Part shown: one piece after another, positions 24,960 to 37,659 of the stretch
Numbering within the stretch: position 1 is the stretch's first letter
Layout: each line of letters begins with the position of its first letter
Position numbers and translations under genes: made by a program
DNA from: Octopus vulgaris
Lineage: Eukaryota
Assembly: GCA_951406725.2 (NCBI GenBank)
Contig: OX597815.1
Coordinates: forward strand, 187,736,001-187,800,000
Direction: 5' to 3'
Length of the DNA stretch: 64,000 nucleotides
Notes under the pieces: model-generated
The model's input: the letters and a program-made list of their open reading frames with translations, nothing else
The model's database searches: none
Told to the model about the DNA's origin: nothing

Positions 24960-25154
24960 TGGTCCCTGTTAGTGTATATTTTTTCATTCATATGCATTTA
25001 CTACAGCATTAGAGCATTTTAGCTCTTATTTCTAGCAATGTAGGTGTTTTCCAACACCCTAGTCACATTTAGTGACAATTATAATTTCCCTTTCTGGTGA
25101 AGGTGAAACATTGCAACCTGCTGCTTATATTAATTTTGTGTGTGTGTATATGGT

Positions 25155-25297
25155 GTTAGGAAGGGCATCCAGCTGTAGAAACATTGCCAGATAAGACTGG
25201 AGCCTGGTGCAGCCTTCTGGCTTCCCAGATCCCCGGTCGAACCGTCCAACCCATGCTAGCATGGAGAACAGACGTTAAACGATGATGATAATGATGA
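25155..25297 (+). mobile_element. SINE-like family B, 3' part
   Basis: ttaggaagggcatccagctgtagaaac through the (GAT)n tail. Confidence 0.85.
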
Positions 25298-25502
25298 TAT
25301 ATATATATATATACACAACTTTTTACCCTCACCCATTGATTACATTCAGTGTAATTGCCTCTCAATAAAAACACGTATGTATTAATAATTGGGTATTCTA
25401 CTAGCAGTATATTGGATAGATATTATCCCTTAGTTGGCTGGATTCACAACCTCTAACTTTCTTGGAGTTATATATATATCATTGAGGGATAGGCCGGTTT
25501 AT

Positions 25503-25563
25503 GGGGTTACCCTGGGTTTCTCGTTCATAAGGGGTTTAGCCTTACAGTGTATCTTCAGACCCC
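25503..25563 (-). ncRNA. Type-I hammerhead fold (left arm)
   Basis: Minus strand ggggt-CTGAAGA-[tgtaagg/ccttatg stem II]-GAAA-ccc-a-ggg-TA-acccc. Confidence 0.75.
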
Positions 25564-25629
25564 AAACACTGCTGGCCTGAGACCAGAGATAAAGATAAGG
25601 GAGGTGCTGCATACAGGCGAGCAGTGTTT

Positions 25630-25690
25630 GGGGTCTGAAGATATGCCATAAGGCTAAACCCCTTATGAATGAGAAACCCAGGGTAACCCC
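25630..25690 (+). ncRNA. Type-I hammerhead fold (right arm)
   Basis: ggggt-CTGAAGA-[cataagg/ccttatg]-GAAA-ccc-a-ggg-TA-acccc; predicted cleavage after 25685. Confidence 0.78.
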
Positions 25691-26107
25691 ATAAACCAAC
25701 CTACCCCCCTATAATATTTACTGTTCTACATCTTAGAATGTGCTTCTCCTCTGGATTTATGTATTTCTACAAACAATCTTATATATATATTTTAAATATA
25801 AAAGTGTCTAGAATATTTCTAGACGCAAAGAGGAGACCTTTGATAGGACTCTATACACTTTTATATTTTAAAAAATATGGTATGTCATAAGATTTATTTA
25901 TGCATGCTAACCACTGGTAATAAATTATTTTAATTTATTACCCTCATATTTACGATATATATATATCTTTTAGTCTTATATCTATAAGACTGCCATATTA
26001 ATATGGCGATAACAATTAATTTCCAGTAACGCTGCCGTAATCTCTTTTAGAGAGACTTAGTAATTTTAATATTTCTATTATATATATATATATATATATA
26101 TATAAAC

Positions 26108-26511
26108 ACCATTTTGACCCTGTGCTTGAGGAGATCCATTGAGTCAAGTACATCAACATCAAAGTCAATGGAAACTGCAGTTGTGATCCCTGTGCCGATG
26201 GCACGTAAAAAGCACCATCTGAACGTGGCCGATGCCAGCGCCGCCTAGACTGGCTTCCGTGCCGGTGGCATGTAAAAAGCACCAATCCGATCATGGCCGT
26301 TGCCAGCCTCCCCTGGCACTTGTGCAGGTGGCATGTAAAAAGCAGCCACTACACTCACGGAGTGGTTGGCATTAGGAAGGGCATCCAGCTGTAGAAACAC
26401 TGCCAGATCAGACTGGAGCCTGATGCAGCCTTCTGGCTTCCCAGATCCCCGGCCGAACCGTCCAACCCGTGCTAGCATGGAGAACGGATGTTAAACGATG
26501 AGGATGATGAT
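26108..26511 (+). mobile_element. SINE-like family B with three internal units
   Basis: ggcac/tgtaaaaagca at ~26200, 26267 and 26330; (GAT)n tail. Confidence 0.88.
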
Positions 26512-26676
26512 GTAGAAGGTTGAAAAGGAACACACAAGTTGATATGTATAGGGAAAGTAAGACAAGGTAGAAAATGCTGAAATAATTTTATTATGAAGAA
26601 CATTCTAGGACCTGGGTTTCTGGGTAGTAACTCATTATCAGCATGTGACAATTACTAGCTACGGATATATATATAT

Positions 26677-26787
26677 TTGCCAGATCAGATTGGAGCCTGG
26701 TACAGCCTCCTGGCTTGCCAGTCATCAATCAAACCATCCAACTCATGCCAACATGGAAAGCAGATGTTAAGCGACGATGATGATGAT
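26677..26787 (+). mobile_element. SINE-like family B, 3' fragment
   Basis: ttgccagatcagattggagcctgg through the (GAT)n tail. Confidence 0.75.
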
Positions 26788-27408
26788 ATATATATGACAC
26801 TGACTGTTCTATTTTGTTGTAAATATCTTGATATATATATATATATATATAGTAATAATAATAATTTGAGGGAATATTATTCTTAACTTAGAGGGAAAAA
26901 TTCAATTTAGAAATACTAAATCAAATTTCACAAAATATAATATATATATAAAAATTAGAAAAAAACCACCTTTATAATATTATATAAAATAATATATATC
27001 TATATATATATATATGTTAGGAGACTATCATAACCAACAGATGAGAAAATAGTCATTCTTAAAAATAGTCCCTGTTCAATTGGCCAGGAACAGTTAACTC
27101 AACTGCCTGATGTACTCTGGTTTGTGGCAGTGTGAATGGCAGGAGAGTAAACCAGCTTCCCTGGAGTCCCTGGACCATGGTAGTCAGCAAGGGGACTGGG
27201 GTTAGGAGGAGATTAACTGAATACAGTATGTTGATGGGTAAAACTCTAGTAAGGAAGTGTGGGTCATTTGTTAGTTGATTTATATGACTGCCAAAGAGAC
27301 TTCTGAATCATCTTATGTATTAATATAATACACTTACATATAATAATATGTATGATATTATAATATTATATATAATATAATCATCTTATGTATTAATATA
27401 ATACACTT

Positions 27409-27656
27409 ATGTATTAATAATTGGGTATTCTACCAGCAGTATATTGGATAGATATTATCCCTTAGTTGGTTGGATTCATAACATCTAACTTTCTTGGAGT
27501 TATATATATATATATATATATCATAGTGGGGTAGGCCGGTTTATGGGGTTACCCTGGGTTTCTCACTTATAAAGGGTTTAGCCTTACAGCGTATCTTCAG
27601 ACCCCAAACACTGCTGGCCTGAGACCAGAGATAGAGAGAAGGGAGGTGCTGCATAC
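27409..27656 (+). repeat. Duplicate of 25378-25614
   Basis: Same upstream module, TA run and left palindrome arm, truncated in the spacer. Confidence 0.9.
27545..27605 (-). ncRNA. Type-I hammerhead fold (duplicate copy)
   Basis: Minus strand ggggt-CTGAAGA-...-GAAA-cccaggg-TA-acccc. Confidence 0.72.
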
Positions 27657-28009
27657 ATATTAATAATATGATTACGATTATGTAATATAAGAAACACAGG
27701 CTACTTATTGTTTCCACACTCAATATTAGAAACACTGTATTGGTTTTTCAGTTAATGCACTCAGTCCTGTTTTGTAGCACTTTGTAAATGAGATCATGTT
27801 TAACTTGATTACATTTAGACTTTTCATGAATTAGTGTTACAACATTCACTTGGCTGCTAAGAGGAAATAAGCACTTCAATGAAAGTTGATCCAATCATCG
27901 TTTCTGAAAACTGAAATCTCTATGGGTTAATCACAAGACCTATTTTTCTCAGTGAAGTAAAAGAAATATCTGTTATACTTCTGTTCACAAAGTCCATCTT
28001 CATTTTTTT

Positions 28010-28560
28010 TAATGTTTGATTTCCCACTTTGCATCTACATGTCTTGGATGCATCTTCTTCAGCACAGCATCTCCCCCCCCCATTTATTGCAGTCCCCTGT
28101 CCATTTTCTTCACAATGTGAAGCATCCTCAAATCACCACTTCTTTCTGTGTCTTCATTGGTTTTCTTCTTCTGCTAGCTGCTTCCACTTGGATTGCTCGG
28201 TGCTTCTTCACCCAATTTTTCTCCTTCATACATGCAGCATATCTGTTCTAGCTAAATTTTCTCTTTTGTGCTCTACAATTAATTCCTCACTAAAGCAGTT
28301 TTTTTCCCCCCTCTCAGCATATTTGTGCTGCTCTATATTTCATGCATCCAGTGAAGCATACCATTGCACTTTGTATTCAGTAATCATAGAATCTGCCTTT
28401 CCCTCAATGTGAGTATCCCTTTGTTGCCATAGCTCCTTGAACCATTTTCTCAAGCCATCCTTACTCTGGCAACGACGCTTTCACAATGTCCACTTCCACA
28501 ACTGATTAGGTCATCCAGTTATTAGAAATTGTTTCCTACTTTACCGAAGCCTTCCAGGCA
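28010..28560 (-). mobile_element. Highly degenerate RTE-like LINE 3' region
   Basis: Broken frames such as DLISCGSGHCESVVARVRMA resemble RTE YLG..IS..G.C...V..RI..AW. Confidence 0.4.
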
Positions 28561-29125
28561 TTTGAAAACAATCCGTTTTATGACTACTTTTACAGCTAAC
28601 TACTCCTCTGTTTTTACTATAAAAGAAGTCCTTCTCTAACAGCCTGCTTCTGGTCTCACTGCATTTCTTATGTACCCATTGTTAATATACAGTATATAGT
28701 ATAGAATTCTTAACTACTTCTTTTGGCCATGTCAAGCAAAGCGAGGTCACTTTCCAGATGGCAGTAGAGAAGGGTTTTTTTTTCTTTTTCTTTTTTTTGT
28801 TGTTGCTAGGTTTACATTCAGATACCTTGATTCCGGCCATGCTTCCACATTTGGAACCTTTCCCTTTAATTCTTTGATTGATTCAGTCATGAGAACTAAC
28901 TTGTCAACATAGAGAAGTCACTGGTGAGCCACTCTTGAATTTTTTCATTATGATCTGAGACCTACACATGCACATGCATACACACACACATGCATACATG
29001 CCCATGTATAGATGTGTATATAAACACACAGAGGCATACATGCATATATGTAGGTACATATATAAACACATGCATCTCATTCCCACTCTGTAACATCATA
29101 CTTTTGTCATCTCCATCCAACCATT

Positions 29126-29417
29126 CAGTGGTGGACTGGGTCTAAAAATATTGGTTGCCAGGAGACTAAGGGGTTCCACCTGCAACTACAATGCTATCAT
29201 ATAATTTTTTTTTTTTGTTAAAAGTGTTCTTTTCAACTGTCTACAAACAGAGCCAGGCTGAAATAATTAATGCATTCTTCCAGGAGTGAATAAAAAATTA
29301 TCAAACTTTAGGGGATGGGCCCCTTAGATACTAACCTGGTCCCCCATATATGGATTCTAATGGCACAGGGGGCCACTTGCCATCAGGCAAGCTGGCAACC
29401 CGGACAGTCTGCCACTG
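29126..29417 (+). mobile_element. hAT-type MITE, copy 1
   Basis: TIR cagtggtggactg / cagtctgccactg; perfect 8-bp TSD caaccatt; second copy at 51048. Confidence 0.92.
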
Positions 29418-29456
29418 CAACCATTCTATCTATTCTTCTCTCACCAGTCTCCGAAG

Positions 29457-29762
29457 TGGAGGCACATGGCCTAGTGGTTAGAGTAGCGGACTCATGGTTG
29501 AGGGACCGCAGGTTCAAATCTTAGACCAGGTGATGTGTGTATTTATGAGCGAAACACCTAAGCTCCACACGACTCCAGTAGAAGGTATTGGTGAGCTTCT
29601 GCTGACACTTTCACCACAACTTTTTCTCACTCTTTCCTGCTGCATCTTGCAACTCACCTGCAACAAACTGGCATCCCATCCAGGTGGGGAAACCTATACG
29701 CCAAGGAAACCAGGAAACCAGCCCTTATGAGCCAGGCATGGCTCGAAAAGGAACAAACAAAA
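29457..29762 (+). mobile_element. SINE family D (tRNA-derived head)
   Basis: gtggaggcacatggcctagtggttag (A box) and ggttcaaatc (B box); (AAAC)n tail; head shared with the 49655-49951 copy. Confidence 0.8.
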
Positions 29763-30129
29763 CCAGTCTCTGTAATCTTCATCTTTTTTTGGTTTACACT
29801 TGAATGAACAAATACATCTTTGAGCAGTGATAAGTCTTCAGTCATGGATGGTTTGAAGGCATCATTACGAGTGCTGATGCCATAACAACAGAGGCCCAGT
29901 ATTCTCTGTAAAGTGGTTGGTGACAGGAAGAGCATTCGTCCATAGAAGATGATCCAAAAATGTAAAATATGAGAAAAATACGGTTCTCTGATCTATCTCA
30001 GAGGGTAGCAGTTCTGAATAAGAATGAACTTAGACTGTGGGGGCTGAGAGTGAAACACCTGTGGTTATCATAGATCTGTATAATAATAATGACAATGATG
30101 ATAATAATAATAATAATAATAATAATAAC

Positions 30130-30282
30130 AGTTTCGAATTTTGGCACAAGGCCAGAAATTTTGGGGGTGGGTGGGAAGTTGATTGCATCAACCCCAGTCC
30201 TTAACTGGTACTTATTTTATTGACTCTGAAAGGATGAAAGGCTATGGTAGAAAACACTTGCACAAGGTGCCACACAGTGGGA
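30130..30282 (-). mobile_element. SINE family C fragment joined to a family A fragment
   Basis: ggcacaaggcc...actggtactt...ggatgaaagg followed by ctatggtagaaaacacttgcacaaggtgccac. Confidence 0.65.
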
Positions 30283-32109
30283 GATAATTTTAGCAAAAGG
30301 TTCCAATGTTTGGGGGATGAGTCGAGACAAATTAACTACCTTCAGACAGGTATTTACTTTATTGAAAACAAGATGAAAAGAAGAATCAGTCACAACATAA
30401 CTTCAAAATTGTAAGGGGACAGATCCTAAATACTGTAAAATATAAATATCTTTTGTTGCTAATATTTTTACTTTGTAGAATCCTTCTAAAGGAATATGAT
30501 ATTTAAAGCATATCACTTAAAGTAGACTGATATTTGAAGTTGTTAAAAAAACCTTGGCTAATTTCATTGGTTGTTTCAATTTAGTTATAAATGTGTAGTG
30601 GAGAAGTATTTTTAATCTTTACTATTCTCAATTTCTTTTTTCTTTTACCTTTAATATTTTCCTTATAATTGTTCAAATTCCAAATCATTTCTGAAAATCT
30701 TTAGAATTGTGAACCAGTTATTTCTTCTCATTCATAGTACTCAAAATATGAATTAATTCACAGAGATAAAAAAAAAATAAAATGTCTAAATCTCTTGCTT
30801 TCTGGAAAATTTCCACAAACTATAGAAAAACTGGTAATTTTAATTTTGTTTGTCAGAAAGTAACTATTCTCTCCACAAGGGAAAATATTTCGCACAAACT
30901 ATTTTCCAATTATTGTTTACTTTATTTCGTAGTGTCTAATTAGCATCTATTTCCAATTCTGGCATCCAGTTTCTACTGATTTATCTGTACAAATACAAGC
31001 ATGACTGAATGAAAGTAAAATAAATGAAACTGGATTTTATTGGAAAATTTTGAAATTTCTCAAATCATATTTCTCATTATTAGAATTTTAAAATTTCATT
31101 TTTTTTTTTTCTCTTTTTGTTTGACAACCAGTGATTTAGCCTGCTGATGTGAATTCCTTTCCAGCTAAGGAAGAATACCAAACTATAAATTACAAAGGAT
31201 TATTAGCGTTCGTAAACAAAAGCAAATATTTGAATACTCTTCACAGACACAAATACACACACACACACACACACATGCTGAGTTGTGTAAATAAATAAAA
31301 TATCTTAAACTATCTTTCTTCATTACTATATAAGTACAAATAAAACTAAAGTGTTTACTTCAAATGTGCACAATGATATAAATTAATGCTAATATTTGCT
31401 ATGAAAATCTACAAAGATAAAGTAGAGTGCCTTTACTTTTATTGGAAGACAGGCTGTCTATTATTTTTATAATTATAAATTAGTAAATAAACCATGGGAA
31501 ATATGTAGACTTTATGCTATTATCTTCATAATAACAAAAGATATTTTTGTATTTGATTATAGAAGTAAGGAAATGCATGGGAACGAAATACCTCTTCCTG
31601 TCAAAGCAACAAAGAAAAAAATTGTAAACAAATTTGCTTGAGTGAAGGTATTTTTGTTTTGGCAACCTTACTTTGAGTGAGAAGAACATGTGAAATATTT
31701 TCTAAAAATTAAAACATTTTCAACCTTCTCACATGACAGTTAGTGGGGAAGACATGAAAAGAAAGTTGTTGCTTTACACCAACAGCTGTTAATCCCCACA
31801 GCGAGCAGTACTGCAAATAAACACATCTACAGTAATTAATGATGCAGTATTGAATTGAACATATATCAATAATTATCACACACACAGATCTTATGTAACT
31901 CAAAATTATTTTCTGTAGCAACAATACCTCAAGGAACTGACAGCATAAAACAATTGCTATATATACAGACACATACATCAAGTGTTAAATAAATACCACT
32001 TTGTTGTGTTTACAGTTATATATTTTTGTGCACTTTACTAGTGTATATATATATACATATATATATACATATATATATATATATACATATACATACATAT
32101 ATATATATA

Positions 32110-32302
32110 TGTGACTGCGTGTGTACCGTTGGCGATTTTTTTTCCTCTGTCTTCCCTTCTCTGGATCTTTCCTTCTCCTATGTTTCCGACGAAGAGCTCC
32201 ACTCGAAACGTTAAACCCTCCTTCTTTCCTGAGCGTCCAATAATACTATATTTGTTCCACGTCCTCGCGTTGTGTTTTTTTGTGCTTTCTTGTTTGGATT
32301 AA

Positions 32303-32304
<2 letters not shown>
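32110..32304 (+). mobile_element. (TA)n-associated pLTR-like module with minimal hammerhead (32182-32216, mutated)
   Basis: gttt-CCGACGA-a-gagc-tcc-actc-GAAA-c-gt-t-aaac; family shared with 52660, 53748 and 61083. Confidence 0.75.
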
Positions 32305-32361
<57 letters not shown>

Positions 32362-32379
32362 ATCATCATCACCAACAAT

Positions 32380-32547
32380 GTCATCATCATCATTTAACGT
32401 CTGTCGTCCATGCTGGCATGGGTTGGATGGTTTAACCCGGGCTGGTAAGCTGAGGGGCTGCACCAGACTCCAGTCTGATTTGGCATGGTTTCTATGGCGG
32501 ATGGTCTTCCTAATAATGCCAACCACTCCAAGAATGTAATGGGTGCC
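32380..32547 (-). mobile_element. SINE-like family B
   Basis: Family B motifs. Confidence 0.8.
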
Positions 32548-32721
32548 ATATATATATATATATATATATATAGGAGAGAGAGAGGGAGGTTAAAATAGCT
32601 TCATTAAGGGATAAAAATATCCAATGGATAACTGGTTCGTTGCATATTATTTTTTTGTGAATTTTAATTTGAATATTTATAAACCAAGGTATATACATAT
32701 ATAGGTTTGAAATGGTGCTGA

Positions 32722-32853
32722 CTAGCAGGGAGCTATCCAGACTCCAACTGTCTGTTGTGGCATGAGACCCTTCTTATGGCATGAGACCTAGCAGGGAGCT
32801 ATCCAGACTCCAACTGTCTGTTGTGGCATGAGACCCTTCTTATGGCATGAGAC
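32722..32853 (+). repeat. Perfect 66-bp tandem duplication
   Basis: ctagcagggagctatccagactcc...atggcatgagac at 32722 and 32788. Confidence 0.92.
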
Positions 32854-33043
32854 CTTCTTATGGCTTGATACCCTTCCTAATGCCAACCACTTAACAGATA
32901 GATAGATAGATAGACACACACACAACATCATCATCATCATAATTTAATGTCCTCTTTTTCCATGCTAGCATCGATTGGTTGGATGGGGTTTATCTGAGGC
33001 AGATTTTCTATACACACACATACATATATATATATACATATAT

Positions 33044-33202
33044 CCGACAGGCTTCTTTCAGTTTCCATCTACCAAATCCACTCACAAGGCATTGGTCGGC
33101 CCGAGGCTATAGCAGAAGACACTTGCCCAAGATGCCACGCAGTGGGACTGAACCCGGAACCATGTGGTTGGTAAGCAAGCTACTTACCACACAGCCACTC
33201 CT
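33044..33202 (-). mobile_element. SINE family A, head
   Basis: Matches the family A 5' half. Confidence 0.88.
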
Positions 33203-33317
33203 GTATCACAATATACAAAAGGATGTCTCTGTCTATGTGTCTTTATTGACAGACATGACTGTGTACCTGCTGTGATAAATTAAATATCAAAATAGACATC
33301 TCCATATCGTTGATGAA

Positions 33318-33917
33318 TGGCTGTGTGGTAAGAAGTTTGCTTCTTAACAATGCAGTTCTGGGTTCTACTATAGCCTTGGGCCATCCGAAGCATTGTGAGT
33401 GGATTTGATAGATAGAAACTGAAAGAAGCCCTTACTATGTGTGAGTGTGTCGGTGCATATGCATGTGTGTGTGTATGCATGTGTGCGCATGTATATGTAT
33501 GCATGTTTGTGTGCATGTATGTGTGAGCATGTACATGTATATGTATGCATGTGTGTGTGTACATGTGTGTATGCATGTGTGTGTGTGCATATATATGTAT
33601 GCATGTGTGTGTGTATGTGTGCATATATATGTATGCATTGTGTTTGCATATATATGTATGTGTGTATGTGCGCATGTACATGTATATTTGTATATGTATG
33701 CGTGTGTGTGTTTTTCCCCTCTCACCACTTGACAACCGGTGTTGATGTGTTTATGTCCTTGTAACTTAGTGGTTCAGCAAAAAGGACCAATAGAATAAGT
33801 ACCAAACTCTAAAAAGAAAAATGAAAAGAAGTAGTGAGGTTAATTCATTTGACTAAACATTTTTTCAAGGTGGTGCCCCAGCATGGCCTCAGTCTAATGA
33901 CCGAAACAAGTAAAAGA
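33318..33917 (+). mobile_element. SINE family A variant with an expanded internal microsatellite
   Basis: Head 33318-33432, ~280-bp TG/TATG tract, body and tail to 33917. Confidence 0.85.
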
Positions 33918-34181
33918 CATCATTCAGGCACAGCATTTACTGATACTCCAATATGCTGATGAGGTATATTCAACCAAATTTATGCTATCAGGTCATTAAG
34001 AATGAAACGTCCGATTTTCTTAAGCACCAAATTTGACAGTCATTAACTCTGATATTTTTATCCTGAGAATTCCTTGTTTTACAACATTGAAGAGTTACAT
34101 TATCATTTTCTGAAATGCAATTCATGGTTTCTGATTATATTGTGAGTTTTCTCATGTAAATCAGTTGTTGTGAACCCTTGG

Positions 34182-35595
34182 ATGGATAAAAAATTTGTGT
34201 TGTTTATGAATATGTGTTCCGTCATGGAACCAATGTATTCCAGACAGCTCGAAACATCAATGAAGTGTTTGGGGAAGATGTGGCGAATGAGTGCACTGTA
34301 TGTCGATGACTTCAGAAGTTCCGGTCTGGTGACTTTACTCTTCAAAATCAGCCCCATGGTAGACCTGAGACCAAGGTGGATGAAGATGAGCTGGAAACTG
34401 CAGTGGAAACAGATACATCTCAAACTACACGTGAGTTAGCAGCAAGGTTTGATGTTTTGATTCCAACTGTATTGGACCATCTGAAACAAATCGGCAAGAT
34501 AAAGAAGTTGGACAAGTGGGTACCACATGAACTGAACAAGCATTAAATGACATGTCATCTTGAAATTTGCTGTTCTTTGCTGTTATGGCATAAAAGCAAA
34601 CCATTTTTTCTTTTCTTTTTCTTTTACTTGTTTCAGTCATTTGACTGTGGCCATGCTGGAGCACCGCCTTTAGTCGAGCAAATTGACCCCGGGACTTATT
34701 CTTTGTAAGCCCAGTACTTATTCTATTGGTCTCTTTTTTTTTGCCGAACCGCTAAGTGACGGGGACGTAAACACACCAGCATCGGTTGTCAAGCAATGCT
34801 AGGGGGACAAACACAGACACACAAACATACACACATACATATATATATATGCACATATACGACAGGCTTCTTTCAGTTTCCATCTACCAAATCCACTCAC
34901 AAGGCATTGGTCGGCCTGAGGCTATAGTAGAAGACACTTGCCCAAGATGCCACGCAGTGGGACTGAACCCGGAACCATGTGGTTGGTTAGCAAGCTACTT
35001 ACCACACAGCCACTCCTGCATCATGTGATGAAAAATGGATTCTTTTCAATGATGGCAAGCATTCTGCACATTGGCTGGATGGAGATGAAGTGCCAGAACA
35101 CAGTCCTAGCAAGAATATTCACCAAAAAAAGCTAATGGTGTCAGTTTGTTGGTCCAGCACTGGTGTCATCAACTACAGCTTTATGAGATCTGGTAAAACA
35201 ATTACAGCAGATGTGTACATCAGCAAATTGGATGAAGTGATGAGTGAACTTGCAATAAAACAACTGAGATTGATCAATAGAGACAGGCCAATTCTCTTGT
35301 AAGACAATGCTCGACCACATGTTGCACAAAGAAAACTACTCAAGTTACAGGAACTGAACTTGGGAGTACTCTGTCATCTACCATATTCACCAGACCTTGT
35401 AGCAACTGACTATCACGTTTTCCAGGCATTAGACAAAAAATCTTGCTAGGAAAAAATTTCAAATCTGAAGAAGATGCGAAAACAGTCTTTTGTGATTTCA
35501 TCACCTCTTGCTCTCCATAATTCTTCACTGCCTGCATAAATAAGCTACTGATAGAATGGTAAAAATTGTATTGATAATTTAGGTGCATATTTTAA
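34182..35595 (+). pseudogene. mariner DD34D transposase pseudogene
   Basis: KLDKWVPHEL, CDEKWILF, L*DNARPH and PYSPDLVATDYH motifs; stops, frameshifts and a SINE insertion. Confidence 0.93.
34608..35018 (-). mobile_element. SINE family A inserted in the mariner transposase
   Basis: Matches family A. Confidence 0.92.
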
Positions 35596-35627
35596 TTAAC
35601 TGCATTGCTTTCCGTTGAGATATAATA

Positions 35628-35768
35628 TTAGGTTGTCCCAAAAGTTCGTAAACACTTGCGAAAATTGAATTTTTACTCGCCAAGTACTAACAAAAACAAC
35701 AAAATTTATTCCTCAAAATAAAGACCATTATTTTCCAAGACTTTCTACGAACTTTTGGGACAATCTTA
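35628..35768. mobile_element. mariner-type MITE nested in the mariner 3' region
   Basis: TIR ttaggttgtcccaaaagttcgta / tacgaacttttgggacaatctta with TA flanks. Confidence 0.88.
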
Positions 35769-36101
35769 TAAAATAAACTTTCAGTTCAAAATCGGACATT
35801 TTATTCTTCATGACCCGATACATTCTGATAAAATGTGACTGTCACATTTTATCAGAATATATGTGTATATCTGAATAAATATTGCCCACATTATGTTGTA
35901 TATATTTTCTACATAGCAGTATGTAGTCAACATATCATATCTGTAAGTATTTATGTTGTACGCCCATCTCTCTGTGACGTGAAAACTGCAGAAAATCTAC
36001 TTCGAAAATTCAAAGAATTTTACCATCATTGTCATCAACAACAACAGCAGCAATAACTGATGATGATGATGATGATGGCAATAGTAACAATAACAACTAC
36101 G

Positions 36102-36133
<32 letters not shown>

Positions 36134-36474
36134 TATTAACTTCCATATATATTCTATATACATAGGTGAGCTAATTTTTGCAAACAGGTATTATGTTGAC
36201 ATTTACTAATTATTGACATACAGGCATTGTAATAACTTGACAAGGTCATGCGGTATCCTTAAATCTTTGTATGACATGAAGAACATATTTATTCCTCCAG
36301 AGATTCTGCCAAGGGTATACCATAACTAACATTCACATGAAGTCCACTTTGGCATATACAACAATTTGCTGTGTAAGCATGCACAACATGTAGTTCACAA
36401 GAAGCCAGCAGTCATTACTTTAGATTGAAATCATGATGACATGCCAGTTCTATTAACTCTCTCTTTCCTTTACC

Positions 36475-36875
<401 letters not shown>

Positions 36876-37135
36876 GAAAGATACTTACCTGACTTGTTCT
36901 TCAGTTTTTGCTGTGTTCACCTTTAATATTTTTCACCCAACAACTCTTCAATGGCAGAAACTTTTTCTGCAGCTTTTCAACACATTTCGCTGAGAACCAG
37001 CTTGCTAGCATGCAATGGATCCAAGAACATTTAGTGTTGGACTAATTTGTCATTAGTTTAAGGAATATAATGAAGTATGTGTTGCAAACAGGGGAGAGAA
37101 GATGATTGCCATAACTCAGTGGTAACTTAATGGTT

Positions 37136-37287
37136 CCCCGTAACTTAGTGGTTCGGCAAAAGATGCCGATAGAAAAAGTATTTGGCTTTACAAAGAATAA
37201 CACCTGGGATTGATTTCTTCAACTATAACCCTTTGAGGCAGTGCTCCAGTGTGGCCACAATCAAATGACTAAAACAAGTAAAAGAAT
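37136..37287 (+). mobile_element. SINE family A, 3' half
   Basis: ccccgtaacttag...aaatgactaaaacaagtaaaaga. Confidence 0.8.
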
Positions 37288-37659
37288 ATATCATTTTGAA
37301 GGTTGGAATTTTCCAAAAGCAAACCATGGCTTTTGGGTTCTCTTCATGATTTCATCATCAAAACATGCATTTCTGTTTAACATTCTGCCATGATATTTAA
37401 AGGAAGTTTTCAAATTGTGTTATCTCTATATTAGGATATATATATGAGGATATGCTGGGCGCGGCTGATAAACAATAATAGAGTTTATCAGTGCTCATTG
37501 CGAGCGTTAATATGTGAGAGACCAATGGAGTTTATCTCTGAGTGTTTGAAAATCTTCTTCATTGTGTGTGACAATATCAAAGCCATCAACATACAAGAGG
37601 CCTCTTATCAGAGATACAGAAGTGTGTGATTTAGAATTAAGCTGTTTAACATTGAATTA

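Larger units (their letters stand above)
25480..25780. mobile_element. (TA)n-flanked Penelope-like pLTR with inverted partial copy (~95-bp arms)
   Basis: 25487-25576 is the reverse complement of 25617-25710; each arm holds a hammerhead; unique ~70-bp tail on the right. Confidence 0.75.
33988..35818 (+). mobile_element. Full-length defective mariner transposon
   Basis: TIRs tcaggtcattaagaatgaaacgtccgatttt / aaaatcggacattttattcttcatgacccga with TA TSDs; ~1.28 kb once two insertions are removed. Confidence 0.93.

Noticed and set aside
27100-27170. Hammerhead-like ctgatgt-actct...agagt-aaac
   Set aside because: Both core segments are defective and there is no stem I.
29457-29535. tRNA gene (also the heads of SINE A, C and E)
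   Set aside because: A and B boxes are present, but there is no convincing cloverleaf or terminator and the sequence continues into SINE bodies.
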